NCBI GenBank assembly: GCA_044224405.1
Contig: JBGAKN010000001.1
Coordinates: 416,973 to 480,972, forward strand
From: Tagaea sp.
GTDB taxonomy: Bacteria; Pseudomonadota; Alphaproteobacteria; CACIAM-22H2
Direction: 5' to 3'
DNA length: 64,000 nt
Below are positions 31,134 through 41,904 of the stretch, piece after piece. Below the pieces are notes generated by a model. That model worked only from the letters and a program-made list of their open reading frames with translations. It was not told the origin of the DNA and did no database searches. Each line of letters opens with the position of its first letter. Within the stretch, counting starts at the first letter, position 1. Made by a program: the position numbers and the translations under genes.

Positions 31134-31137
<4 letters not shown>
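30607..31137 (-). CDS. Secreted Cys-containing hypothetical protein (176 aa)
   Basis: Signal peptide [20 protein letters not shown]; start ATG overlaps stop of upstream DUF853 gene (ATGA). Confidence 0.6.
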
Positions 31138-32624
<1,487 letters not shown>

Positions 32625-32723
32625 GGATATGCGGACTCCGGGGATGCATCAAACGAACGGGGCGCGGGAGAGAACTCCCGCGCCCCGGAATGAAGCGGAC
32701 GGCGTGTGTAAAAGCAAGAAGCT

Positions 32724-33218
32724 CTAGGCGGCCTCGGTCTTCGGCTTCATCTTGACGTAGGCGATGGAGGCGTGCGCCGAGCAGTAGGGCTTGCTCTCCA
32801 GCGAACGCTCGCCGCAGAAGTGGAAATCGGCATCGCCCGGATCGCCGATCGGCCAGCGGCAGGTGCTGGCGGACAGCGCCATCATCGGCAGGCGCTTGGC
32901 CGAAGGCTGGTTGGCCAGCGCCTTGATGGCGGCGGCGCTCGTCTGCTGGGCGGCGGTGGCGACGCGCGGTTCGCGCGGGGCCTGCGGCATGCGGGGCGCG
33001 CTGGGCTGCGAGGGGCGCGAGGCGGCCGTCTGGCGGAAGATCTGCGGGCGCGGACCGGTGCGCTTGATCGGCGAAGGCCGGGCCGGCAGATGCAGGCGGT
33101 GGGCCTTGCCGACGACGGCGTTCTTGGAGATTCCAAGCCGCTTGCCGATCTCCGCGGTGGTGAGGCCTTCGCCCCACAAGCGCGTGAGCTCCGTGATCTG
33201 CTCGGGTGTCCAATCCAT
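32724..33218 (-). CDS. gcrA: Cell-cycle transcriptional regulator GcrA
   Basis: N-terminal MDWTPEQITELTRLWGEGLTTAEIGKRLGISKNAVVGKAHRLHL and C-terminal domain typical of GcrA; internal ATG (M25 of the ORF) chosen. Confidence 0.85.
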   Translation of the reverse strand: MDWTPEQITELTRLWGEGLTTAEIGKRLGISKNAVVGKAHRLHLPARPSPIKRTGPRPQIFRQTAASRPSQPSAPRMPQAPREPRVATAAQQTSAAAIKALANQPSAKRLPMMALSASTCRWPIGDPGDADFHFCGERSLESKPYCSAHASIAYVKMKPKTEAA

Positions 33219-33266
33219 TGCGCCATCCCCTTGAATTATCGAACGGTTTTTAATCTCGCTAGGGGT

Positions 33267-33275
33267 TGTGGATAA
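33267..33275 (+). promoter_or_regulatory. Perfect DnaA box TGTGGATAA upstream of gcrA
   Basis: 9/9 match to reverse complement of TTATCCACA, embedded in inverted repeat GTTGTGG..CCACAAC. Confidence 0.5.
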
Positions 33276-33353
33276 CTTCACTCTCCCCACAACATATTGT
33301 GATATTCGGGCCTCGATGAGTCAAGCCCCGGCCACAAGGGCCCTACAAGGGGT

Positions 33354-33362
33354 TGTGGGTAA
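33354..33362 (+). promoter_or_regulatory. Second DnaA-box-like site TGTGGGTAA (8/9) upstream of gcrA
   Basis: Same GGGGTTGTGGRTAAC context as the first box. Confidence 0.35.
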
Positions 33363-33432
33363 CTGACTAGATGTTGAATCATTTTGCGGCGGCTGCGAAG
33401 AAAGGCGCGCTGACTGGAAGCGGGCTTCGCGC

Positions 33433-34425
33433 ATGATCTTCGCCTATATCGCGCACGACGGAATCATCGAACGGCACACCGTCGGACCGGACGAGGACCT
33501 GCCGGCGTCCGCCCTGTGGATCGACCTGTTCGAGCCGACCGAAGCCGACCGCGCGCGCGTCGATGCCGCCCTCAATCTCGCGATCCCCACGCACGCCGAG
33601 ATGCTGGAGATCGAGCCCTCCGCGCGTCTCTATTCGGAGAACGGCGCGCTCTACATGACCGCGACGATCCTGGCGCGCACGGACGAATCCAACCCCACGG
33701 CCGACGCCTTCACCTTCGTGCTCGCCAAGCGCAGCCTCGTCACGGTGCGCCACCACGATCCGCGCCCGGTGCACACCTATGGCGCGCGCATCGTGCGCCA
33801 GCCGTCGATCTGCGCGTCGGGGGAGGAGGCGCTGCTGGGCCTGCTCGAAACCTTCGTCGACCGCATCGCCGACATCCTCGAGAAGGCGGGGCTCGATCTC
33901 GACGCGATCTCGCGCGGCATCTTCGGACGGCCGACGGCGATGACGCGCCAGAGCGAGCAGGAGCAGGACATGCAGCAGGTGCTGCGCCAGCTCGGACGCA
34001 TCGAGGACATCTGCTCGACCGCGCGCGAGAGCATGCTCGGCCTCGTGCGCCTGATCCGCTTCCTCGACGTGACGATGGATTTCGAGGCCAAGAAGCAGGC
34101 CAAGGAATTGAAGGCGCGGATCAAGACGGTGAACCGAGATCTCGTCTCGCTGATGGAGCACGCGGATTTCGACAGCCGCAAGGTGAACTTCCTGCTCGAC
34201 GCCACGCTCGGCCTCATCAACATCGAGCAGAACCGCATCATCAAGCTGTTCTCGGTCGTGTCGGTCGTGCTGATGCCGCCCACGCTGGTGGGCACGATCT
34301 ACGGCATGAACTTCAAGTCGATGCCCGAGCTCGACTGGTCCTTCGGCTATCCGATGGCGATCGTGCTGATGCTCGCCTCGGCGATTCTGCCTTACCTCTA
34401 TTTCAAGAAGCGCGGCTGGTTCTGA
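33433..34425 (+). CDS. corA: Magnesium/cobalt transporter CorA
   Basis: YGMNF signature and two C-terminal TM helices. Confidence 0.9.
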   Translation: MIFAYIAHDGIIERHTVGPDEDLPASALWIDLFEPTEADRARVDAALNLAIPTHAEMLEIEPSARLYSENGALYMTATILARTDESNPTADAFTFVLAKRSLVTVRHHDPRPVHTYGARIVRQPSICASGEEALLGLLETFVDRIADILEKAGLDLDAISRGIFGRPTAMTRQSEQEQDMQQVLRQLGRIEDICSTARESMLGLVRLIRFLDVTMDFEAKKQAKELKARIKTVNRDLVSLMEHADFDSRKVNFLLDATLGLINIEQNRIIKLFSVVSVVLMPPTLVGTIYGMNFKSMPELDWSFGYPMAIVLMLASAILPYLYFKKRGWF

Positions 34426-34505
34426 CGGCCCGCCGATGTTTGAGCCGCATCGTTTCCCGTTTCGACATACAACCGTAGAAATATATCCCGAATCGCGCGC
34501 CTGCG

Positions 34506-34536
34506 CTTGACAGTAAAGCACCGACTCAAGCTATAC
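34506..34536 (+). promoter_or_regulatory. Candidate sigma70 promoter (TTGACA-N19-TATACC) for the outer-membrane protein gene pair
   Basis: Hexamers read directly about 40 nt upstream of ATG 34575. Confidence 0.35.
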
Positions 34537-34574
34537 CCGGATTGGTGGTAACGTACTACATCCGGGAGTTGTTC

Positions 34575-35423
34575 ATGCGTTCCGTGTCCGTCGGCCTTTT
34601 CGCGTCCCTCTTTCTTGCTGTCGGTATCCAGGGGGCCGTCGCCCAAACCGAGGGTGGCCCGCGCGTGGTGCCGACATTCGGCCAGGTCACGCTGACACCG
34701 CATTTCGGAACCGAAGTCCCGCTCGCCGGATTGATGACCAAGTCCGGCCGGGCCCGGGTGAGCCCGTTCGAGCCGTTCTCCGGCATCGTCTTCGACAATC
34801 CCGGCTTCGTCGACGTAAAGAGCATGAAGTTCCGCGACCTCTACGGCGCGCCGCTCGAAGTCGGCATCGGCGTCGCTTACGGCGTGTCCGCCAACGGCGA
34901 AGTTTTCGGAAACATCCGGTACATGCATGCCGCCGGCCAGAAGACGACGGTCGGCTCGATCTCGGTCACGGGCTCCGTCGGCGGCGTCGGCTACCTTGGC
35001 GGCGCGGCACTGATCGCCACGCCCGACAATTTCTCGGCCGGTTCGGCCGAGATCGGCTACCGCCATTTCCTCGCGACGGGCGGGCCGCTGCTTCCCTATG
35101 TCGCGGGCATGGCCGGCGTCACCCGGACGGGCGCGATCGATGCCCAGATTTTCGTCGATGGCGGCGCCAACGGCGAGCTGAAGGGGGGGCGCGTCAAGAT
35201 CTATGACGGGACGATCGCCGCGACGAGCGGGCTCCAGCTCGGCGTCACCTACGTGCTTTCGCCGCAGTCTTCGGTCGGCATCGAGACCGGAATCCGGTAC
35301 GACGCGAAGCTGAAAGGCGACGATACGATGCTCGGTCTCGGCGATGGCGGCCTTGCGCGCATCAACAACACCGGCAGCCGCTGGTCGGCGCCGATGCGTC
35401 TGACCGCCCGCCTCGCGTTCTGA
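34575..35423 (+). CDS. Outer-membrane beta-barrel protein (porin/OmpW-like), paralog 1
   Basis: Signal peptide, alternating amphipathic beta-strands, C-terminal Phe (..RLTARLAF); RBS GGGAG. Confidence 0.7.
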   Translation: MRSVSVGLFASLFLAVGIQGAVAQTEGGPRVVPTFGQVTLTPHFGTEVPLAGLMTKSGRARVSPFEPFSGIVFDNPGFVDVKSMKFRDLYGAPLEVGIGVAYGVSANGEVFGNIRYMHAAGQKTTVGSISVTGSVGGVGYLGGAALIATPDNFSAGSAEIGYRHFLATGGPLLPYVAGMAGVTRTGAIDAQIFVDGGANGELKGGRVKIYDGTIAATSGLQLGVTYVLSPQSSVGIETGIRYDAKLKGDDTMLGLGDGGLARINNTGSRWSAPMRLTARLAF

Positions 35424-36313
35424 TGCCGATGCGCGCGCTCGCCCCCGCCGCCGTCCTTCTCGCCCTCGCCGGGCCTGCCGTCGGCCAGACGAACAACGCG
35501 CCCCGCACGGTACCCGTGGCCGGGCAGTTCACGGCGTCGCCATTCGTCGGGACGGATGCCTCCGTCGGCGGCCGGATGCTGCGGCAGACGGAAATCCGCT
35601 CGCCTGGCGCCGGGAACATCCAGATCGTGACCGGCGGTCCCGAAATCTCGTTTCTCGTCCCGAACAGGCCGGCCCTCACCTTTCACGACATATCGTTCGG
35701 CAAACTGTACGAAGCGCCGCGTGAAATCGGTCTCGGTTTCGCCTACGCGATCGTGGATCGCGGGGAAATCTTCGCGAGCTTGCGGCATGTCCATGCCAGT
35801 CCGCGTAACGCGATCATCGGCGAAGTGGCGGAAAACACGACCGCTGGCGTCGTGGGCGGCCCCAATTTCAGATCGCGCGACGAAATCCGCGCCAAAGCCG
35901 GTACGTTCAATGCGACGACGGTCGAGGCGGGATACCGCCATTTCTTCCAGACTTCTTCTTCGTTCGCGCCCTATGTCGCCGGTTCGGCCGGCGCGACCTA
36001 CCTGCCTGCGGTCGCTGTCGATCTTCTCATCCGCAACGCGCGGACGGCTGCCGGCGAGGTCGAGGGCAGGGATTTCTCGATCGGCAAGATGAACATGTTC
36101 GACAGGACATTCGCGCCGACATTCGGCGTCGAGATCGGCGCCACCTACAGCCTGACGGACGGGATGTCGATCGGGGTCGAGACGGGCCTGCGGTATACGG
36201 CACGCCCTCGGCAGAACGACAGCCAGTTCGCCCATGCGCCGGCGGTCGGCCTCAACGACGCGACCGAGCGGTACTCGATCCCGTTCCGTCTCTCCGGCCG
36301 GATCGCGTTCTAG
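35423..36313 (+). CDS. Outer-membrane beta-barrel protein, paralog 2 (tandem duplicate)
   Basis: Signal peptide MPMRALAPAAVLLALAGPAVGQ; shared blocks AGYRHF, PYVAG, C-terminal RLSGRIAF; start overlaps previous stop (TGATG). Confidence 0.7.
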   Translation: MPMRALAPAAVLLALAGPAVGQTNNAPRTVPVAGQFTASPFVGTDASVGGRMLRQTEIRSPGAGNIQIVTGGPEISFLVPNRPALTFHDISFGKLYEAPREIGLGFAYAIVDRGEIFASLRHVHASPRNAIIGEVAENTTAGVVGGPNFRSRDEIRAKAGTFNATTVEAGYRHFFQTSSSFAPYVAGSAGATYLPAVAVDLLIRNARTAAGEVEGRDFSIGKMNMFDRTFAPTFGVEIGATYSLTDGMSIGVETGLRYTARPRQNDSQFAHAPAVGLNDATERYSIPFRLSGRIAF

Positions 36314-36354
36314 GCCGACAGCCGTCAGTCGATTCCGCCTGGCTTGAAAATGTC

Positions 36355-37341
36355 CTAACGGGCGATCGCCCGCTTGATGATCCAACCGGCGACGCTGTTC
36401 GCCGGGATCGAGATCAGCATCCACTCGGCCGTCTCTTCGGCGACGAGCGCGCGGTAGTTGCCGGCCGGCAGCGTGGCGCGCTGCTCGCAACTCGTGCCCG
36501 CGCACCGGCGCACGTTGGTCTTGCCGGAAATGCGCAGCACGCGCAGCTCGGCGTCCCGTGCGGGCGGCGACAGGGGTGCGGGCGGGGCGAGCAGGTCGGG
36601 TCGCGGCCCGCCATGCGGCGCCAGGTTCAACGGCCGGTCGCCCATCAGCGGCAACGCGAAACGCCCGTCGCCCAGCTGCGCCACCGCGCGCAGGTGCGGC
36701 GCCTCGCAGCGTGGCAGGTGCGCCACGGCAAGACGCGCAGCCCAGCCCGAGACCCCGAGATTGGGGTGTGCCGCGCGCGCCACGTCGGGGCGCGGCCGGT
36801 CGACCTTCACCGTCGCGACGACCGCGCCGCACACCGCGATCGCCACGTTGCGCGCGCGCCAGCCCAGATCGCCGTCGCCCGCCCAGCCGGAAATTTCGAG
36901 GATGTCGTTGTCGCCCAGCGTGCGTCCGCCGTCGCCCAGCGCGTCGATCCAGCCGCCGACCGCCTGCCCGATGCGCCAGTCCGTCAGCGGATAGGTGCGC
37001 TCCGCGCTGTCGACGACGCGCGCGGGTGACGCGGGCGGCGGCGGTGCGGCGGCAGGCGGCGGGGCCGGCAACGCGGCGACGGGTGCAGGTGCCGCGGCGA
37101 CGGGTGCCGGCGAAGCTGCGGCCGGTGCGGGCGCAGGCGCAGGCGCAGGTGCAGGCGCCGCGGGCGCGGCCGCGCGTGCCGGCGGCGGCGGTGGGGCAGG
37201 CTTGGGCGCCGGCGGCGGGAGATTCGCGACGGCGGCGGGCAGCGGGCCGGGATCTGTCGTGACGATCCAGAAGCTCGCGGCACCCGCGATGCCGAGGATC
37301 GCGACGAAGACGACGAGCCAGATGCGGCCGAGCGCCTCCAT
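36355..37341 (-). CDS. Membrane-anchored hypothetical protein with long Pro/Ala-rich linker
   Basis: N-terminal TM helix, (AP)n low-complexity region encoded by GGYGCA hexanucleotide repeats (about 37040-37200), C-terminal globular region with 4 Cys; ATG 3 nt after Ldh_2 gene stop. Confidence 0.55.
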   Translation of the reverse strand: MEALGRIWLVVFVAILGIAGAASFWIVTTDPGPLPAAVANLPPPAPKPAPPPPPARAAAPAAPAPAPAPAPAPAAASPAPVAAAPAPVAALPAPPPAAAPPPPASPARVVDSAERTYPLTDWRIGQAVGGWIDALGDGGRTLGDNDILEISGWAGDGDLGWRARNVAIAVCGAVVATVKVDRPRPDVARAAHPNLGVSGWAARLAVAHLPRCEAPHLRAVAQLGDGRFALPLMGDRPLNLAPHGGPRPDLLAPPAPLSPPARDAELRVLRISGKTNVRRCAGTSCEQRATLPAGNYRALVAEETAEWMLISIPANSVAGWIIKRAIAR

Positions 37342-37344
37342 CGC

Positions 37345-38403
37345 CTATCCCCCGAGATACGAGTCCGGATCGAGCTTCAGGCTCCGCGCGAGTTCGGCAA
37401 GCTGCGCCCAGTTGCCCGCGTCGATGGGGATCATCGCGGCCCGCGCCTTGCGCGCGCGCAGTTCGGGCTCGCCCGGCAGCATCACGTCGCCGGTGCTGGA
37501 TTTGAGCCAGGCCTCCAGCCGCTCGGCCTCGCCGGTGATGTAATCGGCCGTGCCGAGCGCCGCGGGATCGATGGCGACGGCGATCGCGTTGTTGACGATG
37601 CGCCGCGTCGTCGGCGGGATGCTGGCGATCGTGCCGCCGCCGCCCAGCGCCCCGGTGAACAGCTCGATCAGCGCCGAGAGCGCATAGCCCTTGTGCGCCG
37701 CCATCGTCAGCAGCGCGCCCGACGGGCGGTCCTCGCGGAACATCACGCCCGGATCGTTGGTGGGCTTGCCCTCGGCGTCGATGAGAATGCCGTCATCGAC
37801 CGGCACGCCCTTGTTGAAGGCGACGCGCACCTTGCCCACCGCGATGCGGCTCGTCGCCATGTCGGCGACGATGGGCGGGCGGCCCTTCACGGGCAGGCCG
37901 ATGCAGATCGGGTTGGTGCCAAGCCGCCCTTCGCGCCCGCCGGTGGGCGCCACCTTGGCGTCCACGCCCGCCACGTCCACCACGAAGAACGAGGCGAGGC
38001 CGTGGCGCGCGGCCTGCTCGGCCCAGGCGCCGATGCGCCCGATATGGTGCGTGTTGCGCAGCGCCATCACGGCCGCGCCCGCGCTCTTCGCCTTGGCGCA
38101 GAGCAGTTCGGTCGCCTCGGTCATGATCGTCTGGCCGTAGCCGCGGTTGCCGTCGACGACGAGCGTCGCGGCCGTCTGCGAGACGACGGTGAGCTTCGCG
38201 CCAAGTTCCAGCACGCCGCGGCGCACCGCGTCGATATAGATCGGCAGCATGCCCACGCCGTGCGAATCGTGGCCCGTGAGGTTCGCGTCGACCAGATTGT
38301 CGGCGACCGTCTTCGCCTCGCCGTCGGCCGAACCGGCCGCCTTGCAGATCGCGGTGCCGAGGGCGCGCAGCCGGTCAGGCGAAATCGAAACGTCGTTTGC
38401 CAT
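37345..38403 (-). CDS. Ldh_2 family (malate/L-lactate/sulfolactate-type) NAD(P)H-dependent 2-hydroxyacid dehydrogenase
   Basis: LTGHDSHGVGMLP and HKGYALS motifs of the Ldh_2 family; 352 aa; 2-nt gap after upstream gene stop. Confidence 0.8.
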   Translation of the reverse strand: MANDVSISPDRLRALGTAICKAAGSADGEAKTVADNLVDANLTGHDSHGVGMLPIYIDAVRRGVLELGAKLTVVSQTAATLVVDGNRGYGQTIMTEATELLCAKAKSAGAAVMALRNTHHIGRIGAWAEQAARHGLASFFVVDVAGVDAKVAPTGGREGRLGTNPICIGLPVKGRPPIVADMATSRIAVGKVRVAFNKGVPVDDGILIDAEGKPTNDPGVMFREDRPSGALLTMAAHKGYALSALIELFTGALGGGGTIASIPPTTRRIVNNAIAVAIDPAALGTADYITGEAERLEAWLKSSTGDVMLPGEPELRARKARAAMIPIDAGNWAQLAELARSLKLDPDSYLGG

Positions 38404-38405
38404 GT

Positions 38406-40109
38406 TCAGGCCACCCACTCGGAGACAGGGGCCTTGGCTTCGTGCAGCGGCTGGCAGATCACGTCGACCAGCGTGGGCCCGCCATGCGCGAACGCCTCGG
38501 CCAGCGTGGATCTGAGTTTCGCAGGATCTTCCACGCGCCAACTCCTCAATCCGAACGCGGCCGCGACGGCCGCATGGTCGGTCCGGTTGAAATCGACCGA
38601 GAAATAACGCTGCCCGTAGCCGGTCTTCTGCCCGGCCTTGATCCAGCCATAGACGGCGTTCGACACGACGACGAGCGTGACCGGCAGGTTGAGCCTGGCG
38701 ATCGTCTCCATCTCGCCGCACGCGAAGCCGAAGCTGCCGTCGCCCATGACGGCGACGCATTTCGATTGCGGGCGCGCGATGGCCGCACCCACGACGGCGG
38801 GCAGCGAATAGCCCAGCGCCCCGTGCGCGCGGTTCGTCACGAACCAGCGCCCGGTGCGGCGCTTGGGATAGAAGGCCGAGAAATAGGGGCAGGGCGTGCC
38901 CGGATCGGCGACGATGACGGCGTCTTCCGGAAGCAGCGCCGCCATTTCGGCCACCAGCCGCTCGGGCTTGATCGGCGTGTCGTTCGACTGCGCCAGCGCC
39001 ATGAACGCCGCTTCGCGCTCCTTGCGTGCGGCCGCCACGCGCGCCGCCGCGTCGGAAGCGACCGCCTTCTTGCCGAGTGCGGCGACGAGCATCCCGAGTG
39101 CCAGCTTCGCGTCGCCCACCACGCCCGCCTTGGTCGGATAGATGGCGCCGATCACGGCGGGGTCCACGTCCACATGCACGATGGTCGTGCCCTTGGCAGG
39201 GAAGCGCCAGCGCTCGGTCGTCACCGACCCTGCGCGGCAGCCGATGAACAGCACGAGGTCGGCTGCCTGCACGAGTGCACGCGTCGGCATCGTGCCGCCG
39301 TTCGATCCGACCACGCCGGCCGAAAGGGGATGCGAATCTTCGATCGAGCCCTGGCCCGAGATCGTGGTGAGCACGACCGCGCCCAGCCGCTCGGCCAACG
39401 CACGCAGTTCGGGCTCGGCGTTCGAGATGACGACACCACCACCCACGACGATGACAGGCACCTTCGCCGCGCTCAACGTCTTCGCCGCGCGCTCGATATC
39501 GGCGGGATCGGGCGCCACGCGATGCGAGGGATAGCTGCCGTGCGCGGGCTCGCCCCACATGTCGGCCTCGTCCACCGCGTCCTTCTGCACGTCATAGGGC
39601 AGGCCCAGATGAACGGCACCGGGGCGCCCGCTCGTCGCCTCGCGGAAGGCGCGGCGCACGATCGACGGGATATCGACCGCACGGTCGATCACCGTGTTCC
39701 ACTTGGTCACGGGCTTGAACAGCGCCTTCTGGTCGAGTTCGGTCAGCGTGTATTTGCCGCGCGAGGAGACCGAGATGTCGGTCGTCACGGCCAGCATCGC
39801 GACGGAGGATTCGTTCGCCTCCGCCACCGCGGGGAGGATATAGGTGGCCCCGCCGCCCGACGGCCCTTCGCACACGCCGACCTTGCCGGTCAGCCGCGCA
39901 TAGGTATCGGCCATGTAGCCGGCCGAGCGTTCGTCGCGCGTCAGGATGTGCCGGATGCCGTGGCCGCCGGCCCCGCCGAGGCGCGCGAGCGCGTCGTAGA
40001 GCGGCAGGCTGGTATCGCCGCACAGACCGAACACGTGATCGACGCCGTGCGCCGCCAGAAGCTTCACGAAAGCCTCGGCGCCGCCGAGCCTGTTGCCGGA
40101 ACCATCCAT
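38406..40109 (-). CDS. Thiamine-pyrophosphate-dependent enzyme of the acetolactate synthase / sulfoacetaldehyde acetyltransferase family
   Basis: N-terminal Pyr domain (GAEAFVKLLAAHGVDHVFGLCGD), central FAD-like domain, C-terminal TPP motif GDGSFGF..N(26)..NN-like; start at the ATG for MDGSGN. Confidence 0.8.
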   Translation of the reverse strand: MDGSGNRLGGAEAFVKLLAAHGVDHVFGLCGDTSLPLYDALARLGGAGGHGIRHILTRDERSAGYMADTYARLTGKVGVCEGPSGGGATYILPAVAEANESSVAMLAVTTDISVSSRGKYTLTELDQKALFKPVTKWNTVIDRAVDIPSIVRRAFREATSGRPGAVHLGLPYDVQKDAVDEADMWGEPAHGSYPSHRVAPDPADIERAAKTLSAAKVPVIVVGGGVVISNAEPELRALAERLGAVVLTTISGQGSIEDSHPLSAGVVGSNGGTMPTRALVQAADLVLFIGCRAGSVTTERWRFPAKGTTIVHVDVDPAVIGAIYPTKAGVVGDAKLALGMLVAALGKKAVASDAAARVAAARKEREAAFMALAQSNDTPIKPERLVAEMAALLPEDAVIVADPGTPCPYFSAFYPKRRTGRWFVTNRAHGALGYSLPAVVGAAIARPQSKCVAVMGDGSFGFACGEMETIARLNLPVTLVVVSNAVYGWIKAGQKTGYGQRYFSVDFNRTDHAAVAAAFGLRSWRVEDPAKLRSTLAEAFAHGGPTLVDVICQPLHEAKAPVSEWVA

Positions 40110-40263
40110 TTTTAAGCGAGTCCCCCGTTGGAAGGCCGCATCGGGCCACGCGCCGGGCATCACTGTCAACCCGACGCTTTCCCGTTTGCGGCCGGGCGGT
40201 TACGCCCTATTCTGCCGCCTGAACGCGCATCCTTCGACAAGGCGCGAAACGGAGTGGAACCCC

Positions 40264-41757
40264 ATGAAGACCCTCGGCCATTTCATCGCCGGCAAGGCGA
40301 CGCCCGGCACCTCGGGCCGCACCGCGCCCGTGTTCAATCCCGCGACCGGCGAGCAGCAGGCTTCCGTGGCGCTGGCCAGTGCCGCGGAAGTGAACGCGGC
40401 CGTCGCCAATGCCGCCGCCGCTTATGAAGGCTGGTCGGCGACGCCGCCGCTGCTGCGCGCACGCGTGCTGTTCAAGTTCAAGGAACTGCTGGAGAAGCGC
40501 CGCGACGACATCGCGAAGCTCATCACCGCCGAACACGGCAAGACCTTCGACGACGCCAAGGGCGAACTGGTGCGCGGGCTCGAGGTCGTCGAGTTCGCCT
40601 GCGGCATCCCGCACCTGCTGAAAGGCGAGTTCACCGAAAACGTGGGCCGCAACATCGACTCGTTCTCGGTGCGCCAGTCGCTGGGCGTCGTCGCCGGCAT
40701 CACGCCGTTCAACTTCCCCGTCATGGTGCCGATGTGGATGTTCCCCGTCGCCATCGCGTGCGGCAACAGCTTCATCCTGAAGCCGTCGGAGAAGGACCCG
40801 AGCCCCGGCCTGCTGCTGGCCGAGATCGCGCTCGAGGCGGGCCTGCCGCCCGGCGTGCTCAACGTGGTCAACGGCGACAAGGAAGCCGTCGACACGATCC
40901 TCAACCACCCGAAGATCCAGGCCGTCAGCTTCGTCGGCTCCACGCCCATCGGCGAGTACGTCTACAAGACGGGTGCCGCCGCCGGAAAGCGCGTGCAGGC
41001 GCTGTGCGGGGCGAAGAACCACATGGTCATCATGCCCGACGCCGACATGGACCAGGCGACGGACGCGCTGATGGGGGCGGGCTACGGCTCGGCCGGCGAG
41101 CGCTGCATGGCGATCTCGGTCGCCGTCGCGGTCGGCAAGGCGGGCGATGCGCTGATGGAACGCCTCGTGCCGAAGGTGCAGGCGCTGAAAGTCGGCCCCG
41201 GCATGGACCCGGCCAGCGAGATGGGCCCGCTCGTCACCAAGGAACATCTCGCCAAGGTGAAGGGCTATGTCGATATCGGCGTGAAGGAGGGCGCGAAGCT
41301 CGCGGTCGACGGGCGCGGCCTGAAGCTGCAGGGCTACGAGGGCGGCTACTTCATCGGCGGCACGCTGTTCGACAACGTGACGCCCGACATGCGCATCTAC
41401 AAGGAAGAGATCTTCGGCCCCGTGCTGTCGGTCGTGCGCGCGAAGAACTTCGACGAGGCGATCAAGCTGGTCAACGACCACGAATACGGCAACGGCACCG
41501 CGATCTACACGCGCGACGGCGACAGCGCGCGCACCTTCCAGCAGAACGTGCAGGCCGGCATGGTCGGCATCAACGTGCCGATCCCGGTGCCGATGGCCTT
41601 CCACAGCTTCGGCGGTTGGAAGCGCTCGATCTTCGGCGACCGCAACGCCTACGGGCCGGAAGGCGTCGGCTTCTACACGAAGCTCAAGACCACGACGGCG
41701 CGGTGGCCGACGGGGCTGCGCGCGGGCGCCGAGTTCGTGATGCCGACGATGAAGTGA
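40264..41757 (+). CDS. mmsA: Methylmalonate-semialdehyde dehydrogenase (CoA-acylating)
   Basis: ALDH superfamily with catalytic ..GERCMAISV.. and MmsA-typical N-terminus MKTLGHFIAGK; 497 aa. Confidence 0.9.
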   Translation: MKTLGHFIAGKATPGTSGRTAPVFNPATGEQQASVALASAAEVNAAVANAAAAYEGWSATPPLLRARVLFKFKELLEKRRDDIAKLITAEHGKTFDDAKGELVRGLEVVEFACGIPHLLKGEFTENVGRNIDSFSVRQSLGVVAGITPFNFPVMVPMWMFPVAIACGNSFILKPSEKDPSPGLLLAEIALEAGLPPGVLNVVNGDKEAVDTILNHPKIQAVSFVGSTPIGEYVYKTGAAAGKRVQALCGAKNHMVIMPDADMDQATDALMGAGYGSAGERCMAISVAVAVGKAGDALMERLVPKVQALKVGPGMDPASEMGPLVTKEHLAKVKGYVDIGVKEGAKLAVDGRGLKLQGYEGGYFIGGTLFDNVTPDMRIYKEEIFGPVLSVVRAKNFDEAIKLVNDHEYGNGTAIYTRDGDSARTFQQNVQAGMVGINVPIPVPMAFHSFGGWKRSIFGDRNAYGPEGVGFYTKLKTTTARWPTGLRAGAEFVMPTMK

Positions 41758-41764
41758 CGCGAAT

Positions 41765-41904
41765 ACCCCTCACCCCGCAACGTATACGTTGCGCCTCTCC
41801 CGCAAGGGGAGAGGGGACTCCAGTCTTAGGTACGCGCGCACTGCGTGTCCGCTTCAACGGTATGATTCCCTCTCCCCTTGCGGGAGAGGGTTAGGGTGAG
41901 GGGG
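41765..41904. repeat. Composite palindromic MITE/REP-like element, copy A
   Basis: Outer inverted repeats CCCCTCACCC / GGGTGAGGGGG enclosing three hairpins: CGCAACGTA-TACGTTGCG, CCTCTCCC-GCAA-GGGGAGAGG and CCCTCTCCCC-TTGC-GGGAGAGGG; right arm supplies the last codons of the EamA gene. Confidence 0.6.
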
